From the NCBI GenBank assembly GCA_030770535.1, contig JASVEC010000016.1:248001-312000 (forward strand): a stretch of DNA of 64,000 bases, in the 5' to 3' direction. This document shows positions 51,747 through 64,000 of this stretch, piece by piece. The notes under the pieces were generated by a model. The model had not been told where the DNA came from. It was given only the letters and a program-made list of their open reading frames with translations, and made no database searches. A program made the position numbers and the translations under genes. Position 1 is the stretch's first letter. Every line of letters begins with the position of its first letter. The DNA is from Batkoa obscura (lineage: Eukaryota).

Positions 51747-52954
51747 ATGACTTCGATGTTTTCCAATACTGAAAAGGGGTCCAAATCAATAGGCAATAAC
51801 GATTTAAAGTTAAGCCCTTCGCGTGCTGCTTCTAATACACTACCTTTTATCCTAAATGATTACCCAGAGTCCGTAAACTTGAGCCAGCAATCTGGTCATA
51901 AAGTAGATACTACGATTTATGAAGAAGAGAATGAATCAAAAAAAGAAGAGATCAAGTTAGGTGATTTTGAAATATTAAGAACTTTGGGGACGGGCTCATT
52001 TGGTCGAGTTCATTTGGTAAAGAGAAAGGTAGATACCAATTTTTATGCGATGAAAGTATTGAAGAAGTCAGAAATTGTACGTTTAAAACAAGTGGAGCAT
52101 GTACACAATGAAAAAGAAGTATTAAAGAATTGTGAGCATCCATTTTTAGTTGGTATGTTAGGTTCGATTGCAGACTCGGTTAACTTATATGTGTTTATGG
52201 AGTTTATTGCGGGCGGAGAATTATTTTCTTATCTCAGAAAGTTTCAGGTGAGTATATTCTTATGTAATATGAAAAGCATCTAAATAACTTTTTTTAATAG
52301 AGATTTCCAGCCCATGTGGCTAGATTTTATGCAGCTGAAGTGGTGCTAGCATTTGAATATTTGCATTCTAAAGATATTATTTATCGTGATTTAAAACCAG
52401 AAAATGTGTTACTGGATTCTAGGGGACATATTAAGTTGACAGATTTTGGATTTGCTAAACATGTACCAGATGTTACATGGACATTGTGTGGTACACCTGA
52501 TTATTTAGCACCTGAAGTGATTCAAAGTAAAGGGTATGGAAAAGCCGTAGATTGGTATTCTTTAGGTATTTTAATTTATGAAATGATGCTCGGATGTCCA
52601 CCATTTTATGATGACGATCAGATGAGACTGTATGAAAAGATATTGGCAGGGGTAGTGAAGTTTCCACCCTTTTTTGATCCATTGGCCAAAGATTTGGTTA
52701 AACGATTGTTGGTAGCGGATTTAAGTAGACGCTATGGTAATTTAAAGGGGGGATCAGCGGATATCAAGAGACATCGCTGGTTCCATGATACGGATTGGCA
52801 AAGGTTACAAAAAAGACAAGTATTACCACCAATTATACCCATGGTCAATGGGGATGGAGATATGAGTAACTACGATATTTATCCGGAAACAAATGAGATA
52901 TATGGAAATTGGCATGACCCGGACCCTTATAATGATCTTTTTAAAGATTTTTAA
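51747..52954 (+). CDS. PKA: cAMP-dependent protein kinase catalytic subunit, 2 exons
   Basis: [45 protein letters not shown]-terminal FKDF; intron 52248-52300. Confidence 0.97.
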
Positions 52955-53522
52955 GTGGGTAAATTTTAAGTTTATTGTTTATTTATTTTAAACAGGGTTT
53001 AACTTTAAGTCAGTATTTTTCCATATAATTATATACTATGTATAATTGTACTTTAACTAAAAATTCAATTTAATCCCAAATTCAATGGTGTATATTTTAT
53101 CTAATGAGTTTTAATCTTATAAAGGTTTGTAAGGCTGAATTGATTTTTCAAATAAAATAAATTTTATTTTCTATTTTATTTTATAAGTATATATTTATAT
53201 TAATTGTTAATTTAATATACATAAACATTGGCAGATTTAGTCATAGACTTTAAAATATGAATAACTAAACCAATATTTGTGTACAATATAAAACTATAAT
53301 AAATAAGATTGTGGTTATTATTAAACAAGTATAAATTCACTAAAAATAATATAATAAGCATTTTCAAACCATTTTAATTTCATGGCTTATTTTTAAAAAT
53401 TATTTTGTTGCAGACCAGAATCTTAAGCTTAATCTTAGCCAATCATAAGCCCAAACAACCCCTACTTAGGCTATCTTTATCAAAATCCACTCTAATGTAG
53501 CAACTGTAACTTTTACACCAAC

Positions 53523-55254
53523 ATGGAAAACAAAGATGGCTCTAAAAAAGGATTAACTCAAGATGATTTTCGAAATTTAATAAACACCGAAAGTAAAAAG
53601 GATGGAGCAAGAACGTTAGGTGTTGGAAAGTTGGATAGAAATAGCCGAGGTTCTAAGTATGGAGATGGAAAAACACCAAATCCTTATCTACCAAATTATA
53701 AAGAAAAGAAAACAAATGAGAGAAAAAAGTAAAAAAAGAATATTAAACATGCATAAAAACATATATTAATAATTTGATAGTTACAATAGACATGAAAACT
53801 CCAACTTGGTTCATCCACAAAAAAAGAGTAAAAAAGAAAGGTAACTTACTAATCTCATTTTGAATTTTATCTATGATTTTAAATATCAAATCTATAGCGA
53901 AACAAGTCAATATCGAGACCGAGCAGCCGAAAGAAGACGGGGCGAGAACCCGGACTATGTTAATAGCGAACAGATCTTAACTAATTTAAATCATACCTCT
54001 ACTGAAATAGATAAAGAACTCGCTTACCAACAATCAAAGTATCTTGGTGGTGACGTTGAGCATACTCATTTAGTAAAAGGATTAGATTATGCTTTATTGG
54101 CTAAGGTGAGGGCGAATCAGAATAGAGAAGGGAGTGAGGAAGAAGAAGAAGGGTTGAACTCGGATGATGAGTTGGAAGAAATATACCAAAAGAAACAGGA
54201 AGGTGGGGAAATTAGGGATAATATTATAGAATCTGAGCCTGCTACGTTTTTAACTGGGTTGGGGGAGAGAATCGTTAAAGAGGGATTAAAGAAAAGAGAA
54301 GATATATCTAATAATAGAAATTTACTGTTTTTACCTGGTAAAATGGCATATAATTTTGAGTTGATGGGGGATAAATCAGAGTATACAAACCCTTTTTTTG
54401 TACCTACAATGGTTATTAGAAGTGCTATTGAGATAGAGAGATTTAATGAAATGGAAGCGGAGAGTAAGTTATCAAAGTTGACAGTAAAAAAAGTGGTTTC
54501 TATATTTCAGAAGAAAAGATTAGGGACAGAAAAGAAACCGGAGGAAGTGGTTGAACAAGTTAAAGGGAAAAAGGAAGAAAAAAAAGAAAATACTGGATTT
54601 TTAGTGAAAGCAGATAGTGATGATAATATATTTAGTGATGTTGAAAGTGAATATTCATTGGATTTGGATGAAGTCGCGAAAAATAGAGGAGTTAATCTGG
54701 AAGGTATACCATCATATAGGGAAAATGAAGTGGATAAAATGTCCAGTGAAAATGATAAAGAATTACTTGAAACTCAAAAAAATAAAATCGAAAAAGAAGA
54801 TAATGATATTATAAATGATTTATCAAATTCAGATTCTGAAAAAGAAGAAGAGCATATTGAATTAAGAAGATTATTTGAATCAAGTAAAAACAAACGATTA
54901 GGTCCCTTATTGGCCTCTAAGCATAGTACAGAACTTGAAATCAATTATGGTGGGGATGATAGTGGTTCAGATATCAATGAAGAAGAAGATGAACTGATGA
55001 TGGATCAAGGTACAAATAAAAATAAAAAACGACAAATGGGCCGAAATGAATTTGAAAATGAAGAAGAGTTTCAAAAATATAAAGAAAAGCAAGTGTTTAT
55101 GCCAAAAGCTGCTTATACTTTTGGGGTTAAAAGCAAAGATCGTAAAGGTAAAAAAGGGAAGGGCGGTAAGGTTGATGATAAAGAGGGGAAACTCGATAAA
55201 GAATTTCAAAGGTTGGAGTCCTATATGAAAAAACGGGGGATGAAAAAAGGGTAA
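53523..55254 (+). CDS. IK: Spliceosomal protein RED/IK homolog, 3 exons
   Basis: LTQDDFR, YRDRAAERR, SKYLGGDVEHTHLVKGLDYALL, FLPGKMAY, MPKAAYTFGVK. Confidence 0.92.
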
Positions 55255-55507
55255 ATGATATAGTGGGTTTTTTAATTTAAATAAAATTGTGCTTTGCTTA
55301 TTTGAGTTTTGAGAATAGTAATCATAATAATTTTTGTTTTAAAAAGCCAATTAACAATAATATTTTATTTTATTGAATAAAATATAAGTCTATAAGTTTT
55401 AAGAAAAGAGAGTGAGACTCATCGTTGACTTTGAGATACTAGAAAACCAAATAGATCCCAACTCAATAAGGATAATGAAATAGTTAGCTTTAAATTAAAA
55501 TATTCAA

Positions 55508-58500
55508 TTAATCTCTCTTTAAGATTTTGACCTTTTCTGCCTTTTTACCTCTTTAAGAAAGAAAAAAATGTTAATAATAATCCAATAAATTGTAACAAAA
55601 AACTTACTTGCTAGGTACCATTTTGGGGTTTAATGGAATATAAGCGAAAGGATCCAACTTCCCTTTCTTTTTAACATCACCTTGAGCATGCTAATAAAAA
55701 ATTATATCAATTATTCATATAAAATAAATTATTAAAGCCTTACCTTAGCTTTATATTCTGTACCTGCCATCTTTTTATTTCTATTGTTATTATTATTGTC
55801 ATAATTTTTCTTTCTATTATCTTGTGCACCGCCTTCTTCTATTTCTATTTCTTCTTGTCCTCTACCACGTTGTTTTTTAAATTTAATACGGTTATTTACA
55901 CGCTCAAATCCTTCTTTGGATTCTAATGATTCTTTATAATAATCATTATTTACTCTTATACTGTTTGGATTATCTTTGGGATCAGCTTTATTTTCTCCTT
56001 CATTCTCACTATCTCCTTCGTCAGCAATAACAAGTCTTCCTGATTTATCGGTTTTAAATGCACTGGTTAAAGCTTTTCTTGCTTCTAATGGTCTATTTGT
56101 TGGTTTGTTGGCTATTAAGTTAAATTAGTAATAATATATTTGATATATTAGTTAATTTATTACTTGTGATCCTTGAAATAGCTTTACGATCTAAGAAATC
56201 GATAGGAGTATCTCCAAGATTATCATCTTTAATATAAGCATCGGATGATTTCATCTTACGCTAAAAATAATCATAAATTTACAATTGCTATAAATTGTTG
56301 TTATAAATTACTTTAAGTCCACTTGAAGCAGCAGGGGCCTTATCCTCATCATCATCTTCCAATTCACTTTCACTACCATACAAAGCATCTTCAAAAGCAT
56401 TCCCAAGAGTAGGTTTATTGATTGGTTGATCTTCAACATCCTAACGAATATTTAGAATCATAATTAATATAATTATATAAATAAAATTTTACTTCTTCAG
56501 TAGTAGTTTTGCCTCTACGTTTAGCTCTAAGTTTACGTTTACGAATATTATTAATCAATTTCATATGTTCATCAGGGAAGCTTTGTTGAACTAATTCAAG
56601 TCCAAATCGACGAATTAAACGTTCAATAATATGACGTACTTTGACTTTAAATCGATTACTATTATCATTACTCCATTTTAAAATACTTTTGATGAGCATT
56701 TCAAGATGAGGCTTCAATGATACTACATCTAAGGAAACTGAAATAACTTTAACAAATCCAAGAGCGGATTTTACAATCTCTCGATTCGTGTTGCTTACAA
56801 ACATTTCCATGGTTTGAATAAGTTGATAAATTAGTTCATCTTCAATTTGATCTTTATGAATTAAATGATTAGTAATTATTAAATAATTCTGTTTATTAAG
56901 CTTACTATGGAACTCAAAGATAATTCTAGAAAGAGCAGAGATAGTAGCGGATATCATATGAGATGTAGTACCAGTAAGACCAGCAATTACCATCATAATG
57001 TATTCTCTTAAGTTAGCTTCTACTATACCTAAAATAATATAAGTATATTGTTTACTTAAATTGTTGGTTATTATTATTACCAGTTCTACCGCCATTTAAT
57101 TTAGTAGCATCAATGATACCACCTTTAATCATTTTATTTGCCATAATAATCAATAGATCGTATGAAGCTTCACGTGATTTCTCATTAATTTCTTTGGTTC
57201 CAAGGATAGCTTCAGAAGTTAATGAAGAAATAATATGAAGATGAGTGTTCGGCAAGATATCAATATAAATCTTTAAAAAGTTTAATCTTTCCTATAAACA
57301 CTTATTAGTTTAATATAAATAACAGATATTATTAAATTTACTTTAATAGCAGCACTACCAATATTCAATCCTGATTCAATAATTTCATTTTCAATATCAG
57401 CTAATCCTTCACAAGCTACAGTATATGGATAAGAAGTGGTTGGTTCAAATAACATCTTATTTAATATTTTATAGGCTCTCTTCTGAATTCCACCTTTACT
57501 TGCGTTAGATATCCTTTGTACACCTAAATTAAACAATACTTTGGAATTATCATAAGTTAAATAAGGTGTCATTATTGAAGCAAAATCAAGCATCATAATT
57601 TCATTTTGTGCTTCTTGTTCCGTTTTGTTAGGATTGGAATTACTTTCATCATTAATCATTGATACAATTTTGACAAAAGTAGCATTGATTTGCTAAATTA
57701 ACTATTAATATTTGAATATCATATAGTATAACAATAAATTTACCTCATTTGGAGTAATGTTTAAGAAAGTAAGAATCACTTTGAGTAATAAACCACGAAT
57801 ATTTTGAGGTACATTTGGATAAAGATTAAAGAACAACATCAAATAATCCGTAGCAAATTGAGCAATATGAATTAAATTTTGTTGACAAGTAGCTGCGTCT
57901 AATTGGTTTTCATTTAATAATTTGTTAATTTCTTCAACGTCTAGAACTTCATTTTCGGGTATTAATCTACGATTATATTCAATTATCAATGCAAGTCCAT
58001 TCAAAAGAGCAGGTTGTAATTCAGCGCAATTTTGAATTTTATCAGCTACTTTAGTAGCGAATCCTGAACTAAATCCCTAAAAGGTTAAAAGGTTAAAAAT
58101 ATCAATTATACAAATAGTATTAAATTTACAGCTTGTAGATCTTGAGGATAAATAGCAAAACTTGGGAATAAAGACCAGATTTGATGACTTAAAGTTTGAT
58201 ATACTTTAGCTTCAATGGATCTTCCATTTTGTTCGAATTCATTAGCTTTATTCTCAAGTCGATCAGCCAAATTTAAAAATTCATTAGTAAAGAAAGTGAA
58301 ATCAGCATTAGCTATATGTTCTTTCAATAATGGTACTAACCATCCTCTTCCTACTGTTTTTTGACTAAATTTATTATTATTATTGTTTACTCTATAATAT
58401 GTATAAAAACCAATTACCCTGGATTTTCTAAATTCAATGGTAAAATAGATAAAAATCTTTTCGGTCCCATTTTGTAAATAGCAGCCCCAATTGTATTCTG

Positions 58501-60201
58501 TAACTCTATTTTAAATTCAAAATTATCTTCATTCCTCATAGAGTCTAATATTCTTAAACTAGAAGTTAATAATTCTGGATGATTTCTACCGAAAACCTAA
58601 AAAAGATAAGAGTTTATTATTAACTTCAAATTCCTGATATTAGTAACTTACAGAGTACAAAGATTCTAAAATAGTTAAAATACTACCCCATGAATTTCTA
58701 AATCTATAAGAAAGAGCACCTTGTACAAATTCAAATAAATTTTGTACAATATCAAGTTTCTCAGAAGATAAAAATTCATTCTCATTAAACGGATAAGACT
58801 TGATTAAATTTGAAATTGATTTTCCAGTTTGAGTTACAACTTGGACACTTGTCTCTTCAAATTCTTTAAATAAAGTTTGAGAAATGGCTGGAATAATAAC
58901 AAAAAACTGATCTGGATTATTTCTAACAAAGTTTTAAAGTATCAATATTCAATTATAAAGGAAATATATAGCTATTAATGTTACTTAATAATTTCTGAAA
59001 ATCCAGTACTAATTGAAATTAGCCAAGCTATCATACTTTTGATTTCATTGGAATTTGGTTTACTTAATAAAAGTTTCTATAAAAGAAGTCAATTAAAAGA
59101 AAAACAAACAGTTGAATTTGATATTACCTTCATAATAGCATCAAGGTTAGTTACATCAATATGAATAATAATCTCAGTAAAAATCTCATATACTAGAGTA
59201 GTAACAAAAGCGTTATTTAATTTAGGGAAAGCAATAAGTTGTTCATTAAGTTTAATGAGATTCTATAAAAATGAATAAAATTCAAATAAAATTACTGATA
59301 AAATAAGTTTACCTCTGAAGACCATTTATCTGCAATACTTTTAATAAACATTAAAAACGGAGCCACTTCATTAGAAACTGAATTATTGGAAACTTTTCTA
59401 AATTTTCTCAATGTTTCGATACAATATTCAGAAGTAATAGTAGATGCAATTGTAGGAGCATCTTTGAGTATTAAAGCAACTACTTCATGTGCTTTTCTTC
59501 TAACTTTTGGTCTTTGATCAATACAAAAGCTTAATAATGCTTGAAAACTACGTTGAACTAAAGGTTGAGACCAATTTGTTTGAGTTTGTACTTTAAATAC
59601 AATTTCAAAGCAGCCTAAAACCTAAATAAAAATATATTAGTTAAACTAGAAACTTGAAAAAATAAATAAATTACTGATTTCATTGTTGGGGCTACCTCTC
59701 TATCTTCATCTATAACTAGTAATAAAATCTTAGATACTTCTGGAAATTTGGCTCTTAATACGTTTTCTGGTACTCTATAACTGTTACTATCTTATTCTAT
59801 TTATAAATAGATATAATTACTCTGAAATAACTACATTTAGAAGATAAAGAATAGATGGTCTATTTTTTCCATCGTCTTGTTCAAGTAAAGTAAGCTATAA
59901 AAGTTATTATTGATATTAAAATATTTTTGGAATGAAATGTACTTACCAATAATGCTAAATAAGCAGAAGGTATCTTTTCTTGTTTACTAGCCTCAAGAGT
60001 CTATCAAAAAATATAAGTTTCAAATTTCGTTAAAGAATACATAAAACTAACTTCTTCAACTACTTGTAGAGTAACAGCAATCTAATCAAATTATTATTAG
60101 TTCTTATTTGAATACCCTTTTAAAATACAATCACTTACCTGTTTTTGATTATTGAGCTTGGAGTTGATTTGACTTCTTATTCTAATTAATGTTTCTTCCA
60201 T
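55508..60201 (-). CDS. RRP12: Ribosome biogenesis HEAT-repeat protein Rrp12, many exons
   Basis: [87 protein letters not shown]. Confidence 0.95.
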
Positions 60202-61562
60202 TTTGGCTAGCTTTTAGTTTATTTTTTGAAATAAATTTTTCTATTCAAAACTTCAAGACCCCAAAATGTTGAAATTCTCGAAATTTAAATTGCAATACTT
60301 GAATGGATCAATTGGACTTTTGAAAGAAAGTGGGTTGAGTTGCAATTTTTGCAGCTAAAGCTGTCAATTTTGAGTTTTTCTTTTTAGTAACTTGTGCTAT
60401 AGTAAATATATTTATATTCTTACAGAGAAGACAGATATAAATTAATAAATAGTATACTTAGATAAAACTATACCTTCATTTCTATTTTCCTTACTTTTTA
60501 TACAACATCAAGCTGCGAAAAACTACCAACAAACATAAAAGCAAAAGAAGATGCTTTTATATAGATTGAAAATAATCTTTAGCAGCTCATTGTTTTATAA
60601 TGATATTTATTAAATATAAATATGAATTTGAAATATTAGATTTATGATTATAATTTTTTATACCTATAATTTGTTTTGATATTTGGTTGTTATTATAATA
60701 GCCGACGTTATAAGCCGTACTAGTAGCCTCTAAATAAATTTAATCTATTTAAGTTATAAATTTAGATATTTTATTTTAAAAAAATACGTTTTATTCATAG
60801 ATACTAATCGTTTATGATAGTTTTCAATAAGTAAACGAGATATACATCGCATACTATAAATGTCTTGTTTAACTATCAACTATAGGTGACACTTGAAGAC
60901 AATATTTTTTAAACTATTAATTTTTTGATTATTTGCCCTATTAAAAATAAACTTTGAAATTCATTATATAAATAGCTTGATTTTTATTTTTATTTTTATT
61001 TGAAATGACAGTTTAAGATTTAGTCATATTCAAAATAAGTATTATAACTTGAATAAAAAAGTAAGTATTGGGCTAATTTGAGAAAGAGTGTCATGAATCA
61101 GTTAGTAAATATATTAAAAAACAAGCATAATATAACTTTTGACTAAAACCTTATATTAGATTATCAAAATTATAACAGGTTTTATACACTTTGTTACTTT
61201 ATACTTTTTATGAATAAAAAAGCATAAAAATGTAATTATATAAATTTTTATTTAAAAACAAAATAAAATATTTGTACTAATACATTTGGTTCATCTTTTC
61301 ATATCAAATAATATAGTGACTTTAGAATATTCAAAAAATTATTTGAATTATTAAGAAATAAAGCAAAAGTTAAGCTATTAACGATAACAAAAACTTGAAG
61401 ATATCATAATAAATCCACTATTGTTTTTTTATTAGTAAAAACGCAAAGTACAGTAGATAATGAGCAAATTCTATTTTTAATTGAGTAAATTAAACCCTGG
61501 AATAATCAAAAGTTTCCAAAATTTGAATTGAACCAATAAATTTAACTTTGTAATAGTTATGA

Positions 61563-62706
61563 ACCTGCAGACTAAATAAGATTTAAAAATATAACTTATT
61601 CCTCTGCAGGTCAAAATTTTAATTAGAATAGTTTTTATTTATGATAATATCAGTTTTTTTTGATTTTTACACTATTTTGTGTTTAGATAAAAAATGGATA
61701 GGTTTGGTGATAGAGAAGTATGAGAGATAAGAAATTATAGTAGATGTGATATAACATATAAAGGTAGTATGGTGTGAATGTGTACTATATTGAATAAAAT
61801 AGAAAGTTAATATAAAAGTTCGTTTTAATTATTACATAAATAATTTTATAATAAGCACATTCAAGATTTGTTATTCTTTAACATATATTAATAACATAAA
61901 GGATCGAATTATGATAACATTACTTTTTTTGTTAACTGTCAAATATTTGTAGCTTATAGATCTATAAATACAGTATATACTGTAAGCTAAGCTTATCGTA
62001 TTAGCCTAAAGTGCGAGTACACCCCTTAGAGGGAGTTGCATTATGAGATGTAGATTAAAAGTAAGCCTATGAACCTAAAAATAGCACAATGAAGGCAATG
62101 TAATATGAAAAAGATAAAGTAGATTATCCTAACGGCCAAGGCTAAATATTAAAGTATTATTTCTACATTTATGAACACTGTCATAAATACTTATAACAGC
62201 CTGGAGATTGAGTGCATAGTTAAGGTGGTTATATAAGTTATAAAACTACAATGCTTATGGTGGCCTGGAGACCAAGTGCACAGTTAGGATATTTACTTAT
62301 GTTATAAAAATGTAAAATTATTTTAAAATAATACATATGTCTCCAGATCAATTTACAACTAATCAAAAATGAGCTTGGTTACCAGTATAGGTTAATAAAT
62401 TGGAACACAATTTAAGCATTGGTCTGCAGGTTTAATGAGGTGAAAATTTGGTTGTTGAAATAGATATTCGAATAAAGATGAGGTAGTTGAGTTAATGGGT
62501 AGTGAGGACAAATACTTGTCAATGAGTTTAAAAAATAAAAATAAGATTATAAGTTTAAGTTACTTGAGAGTATTTTTTATATTAGTTTAGAAAGTATGAC
62601 GGATACAATATACGAATCTCAATTTTTTGATTTTTTAAATTTAATTTTGAACCACACTATTATTGAACAAAAATGAATTTCAATTAATGAATAAATGTCT
62701 GCAGGT
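61563..62706. repeat. Dispersed array of a 10-bp motif RCCTG(C/G)AGAC (7 copies) including a 64-bp-period imperfect duplication
   Basis: Copies at 61563(+), 61602(-), 62199(+), 62263(+), 62339(-), 62422(-), 62697(-). Confidence 0.7.
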
Positions 62707-63371
62707 CAGATTGAAAAAGGCGCATAAAACGGAATAACTTTTTTCGTTTAATTGATAACATCAATAATTAACCTTAGGGAAAGGATACCATCAGCTTTTG
62801 CCTTAAGCTCTTATAGATATAGTACAATAAGTATATAGCGTTTTTTGTGCTGCTATTATAATATGCTAGTAAAAACTGAATAAGGACATTTAAAAAGCAA
62901 TTACACCAAATATATCCTTTAAAAATTGAACTTTTAGGTTAATTACCATTTATATTTAGGGATTAATTAGTGATATCATTCTTTGAAATTTTGGGGTAAA
63001 TAACTACGAACAAATCAATTTTTGAAGTAAATTATATTTGAGCTAATTGATTTGCTTATGACTCAAAACTGGAAATTTATAAAAAGATAGAATAGATGTT
63101 TGTTTATCATAAGAAAGATAAGATTCATCTATAAAAAATCTAAAATCAAATAATAACCAATCAACGTCCAAGCTTAAAAATCTAAGCCAATTATAAGTTC
63201 AGGGTTTCATATTGTGCAAATAAAAATCAAGTATGATGATAATTCAATTTTGATGAAAATTTGGGGTTTGACAAGTATTTAAACACCAGATACAATCGGA
63301 TTTCTCTTTATCATTTATAATAATTATAAAAGACTTTTCATATAATTTTATTGTTATTGAGATAGTCAAAA

Positions 63372-64000
63372 ATGCTTGCTAAAAGATGTGCACTTAAGGT
63401 AATTAATCTTAATAAAGTTTTCTTTTTCTTTTTTGTTAACTCTTAGTATTAGTATTTGCCTTCTAGCTATTTAACTAGAAGAGGCTATGCCAACATTGCT
63501 GCTGTCCCTCAAAATGTTCGCATGTCTAATATTGAAACTGAAACTATCAATTATCAACGTATTGAAGATAACTTAGCTATTATTAGAAAAAGGTAATGAA
63601 TTTATTTTTTATTTTTATAACTTTTGTTAAATAGCAACTTAGATTAAACCAACCATTAACTTTAGCTGAGAAAATTGTTTATGGTCATTTAGATGATGCT
63701 AAAAACCAAGAAATTGCCCGTGGTGCCTCTTATCTTAAACTTAGACCTGATCGTGTTGCCTTCCAAGATGCTACTGCTCAAATGGCTTTACTTCAATTTA
63801 TGACTGCTGGTCTTCCAAAAGTAGCTGTCCCATCCACTGTCCATTGTGATCATTTAATCCAAGCACAAATTGGTTCTGAAAAGGATCTTGCCCGTGCTAA
63901 AGATATCAATAAGGAAGTTTATGATTTCTTAGCTTCTACTTGTGCTAAGCATGGACTTGGTTTCTGGAAACCAGGATCTGGTATTATTCATCAAATTGTA
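63372..64000 (+). CDS. ACO1: Mitochondrial aconitase, 5' part (runs off the window)
   Basis: [58 protein letters not shown]; 2 introns. Confidence 0.96.

Noticed and set aside
1..64000. tRNA, rRNA, snRNA or snoRNA genes
   Set aside because: No convincing cloverleaf or box pattern seen by eye; a covariance-model scan is needed to exclude them.

Overview
Gene-dense, very AT-rich eukaryotic nuclear DNA with many short (about 45-60 nt) GT-AG introns. Gene content is fungal and resembles an early-diverging lineage (Conidiobolus-like is a guess; the taxon cannot be fixed from sequence alone). I can support 27 protein genes, several missed or fragmented by the ORF track: Bub1-like kinase, DUF1115 protein, CorA, BCH-RhoGAP, thymidylate synthase, mS34-like, Kin1-like kinase, ADHFE1, TPC1, a membrane protein, Mis12, RBM48, eIF3m, ERV46, myosin light chain, CYC3, Yfh7-like kinase, INH1, PNO1, LIP5, RPB10, importin-7-like, an unknown chromatin protein, PKA, RED/IK, RRP12 and the 5' part of ACO1. 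Non-genic content includes 11 copies of a ~105-bp TA-flanked MITE (two head-to-head pairs), a kelch-type membrane-protein pseudogene, weak TE relics and short tandem repeats. Best leads: (1) a 447-aa protein with degenerate chromo-like + PHD + Swi6-type chromo-shadow-like architecture (49125-50660); (2) the MITE family and its near-perfect 82-bp foldback pair; (3) a seven-copy CCTG(C/G)AGAC motif array with a palindrome cluster between RRP12 and ACO1; (4) RBM48, a minor-spliceosome marker. All calls come from manual reading and recalled family motifs; no searches were run. No tRNA, rRNA or CRISPR array was seen.
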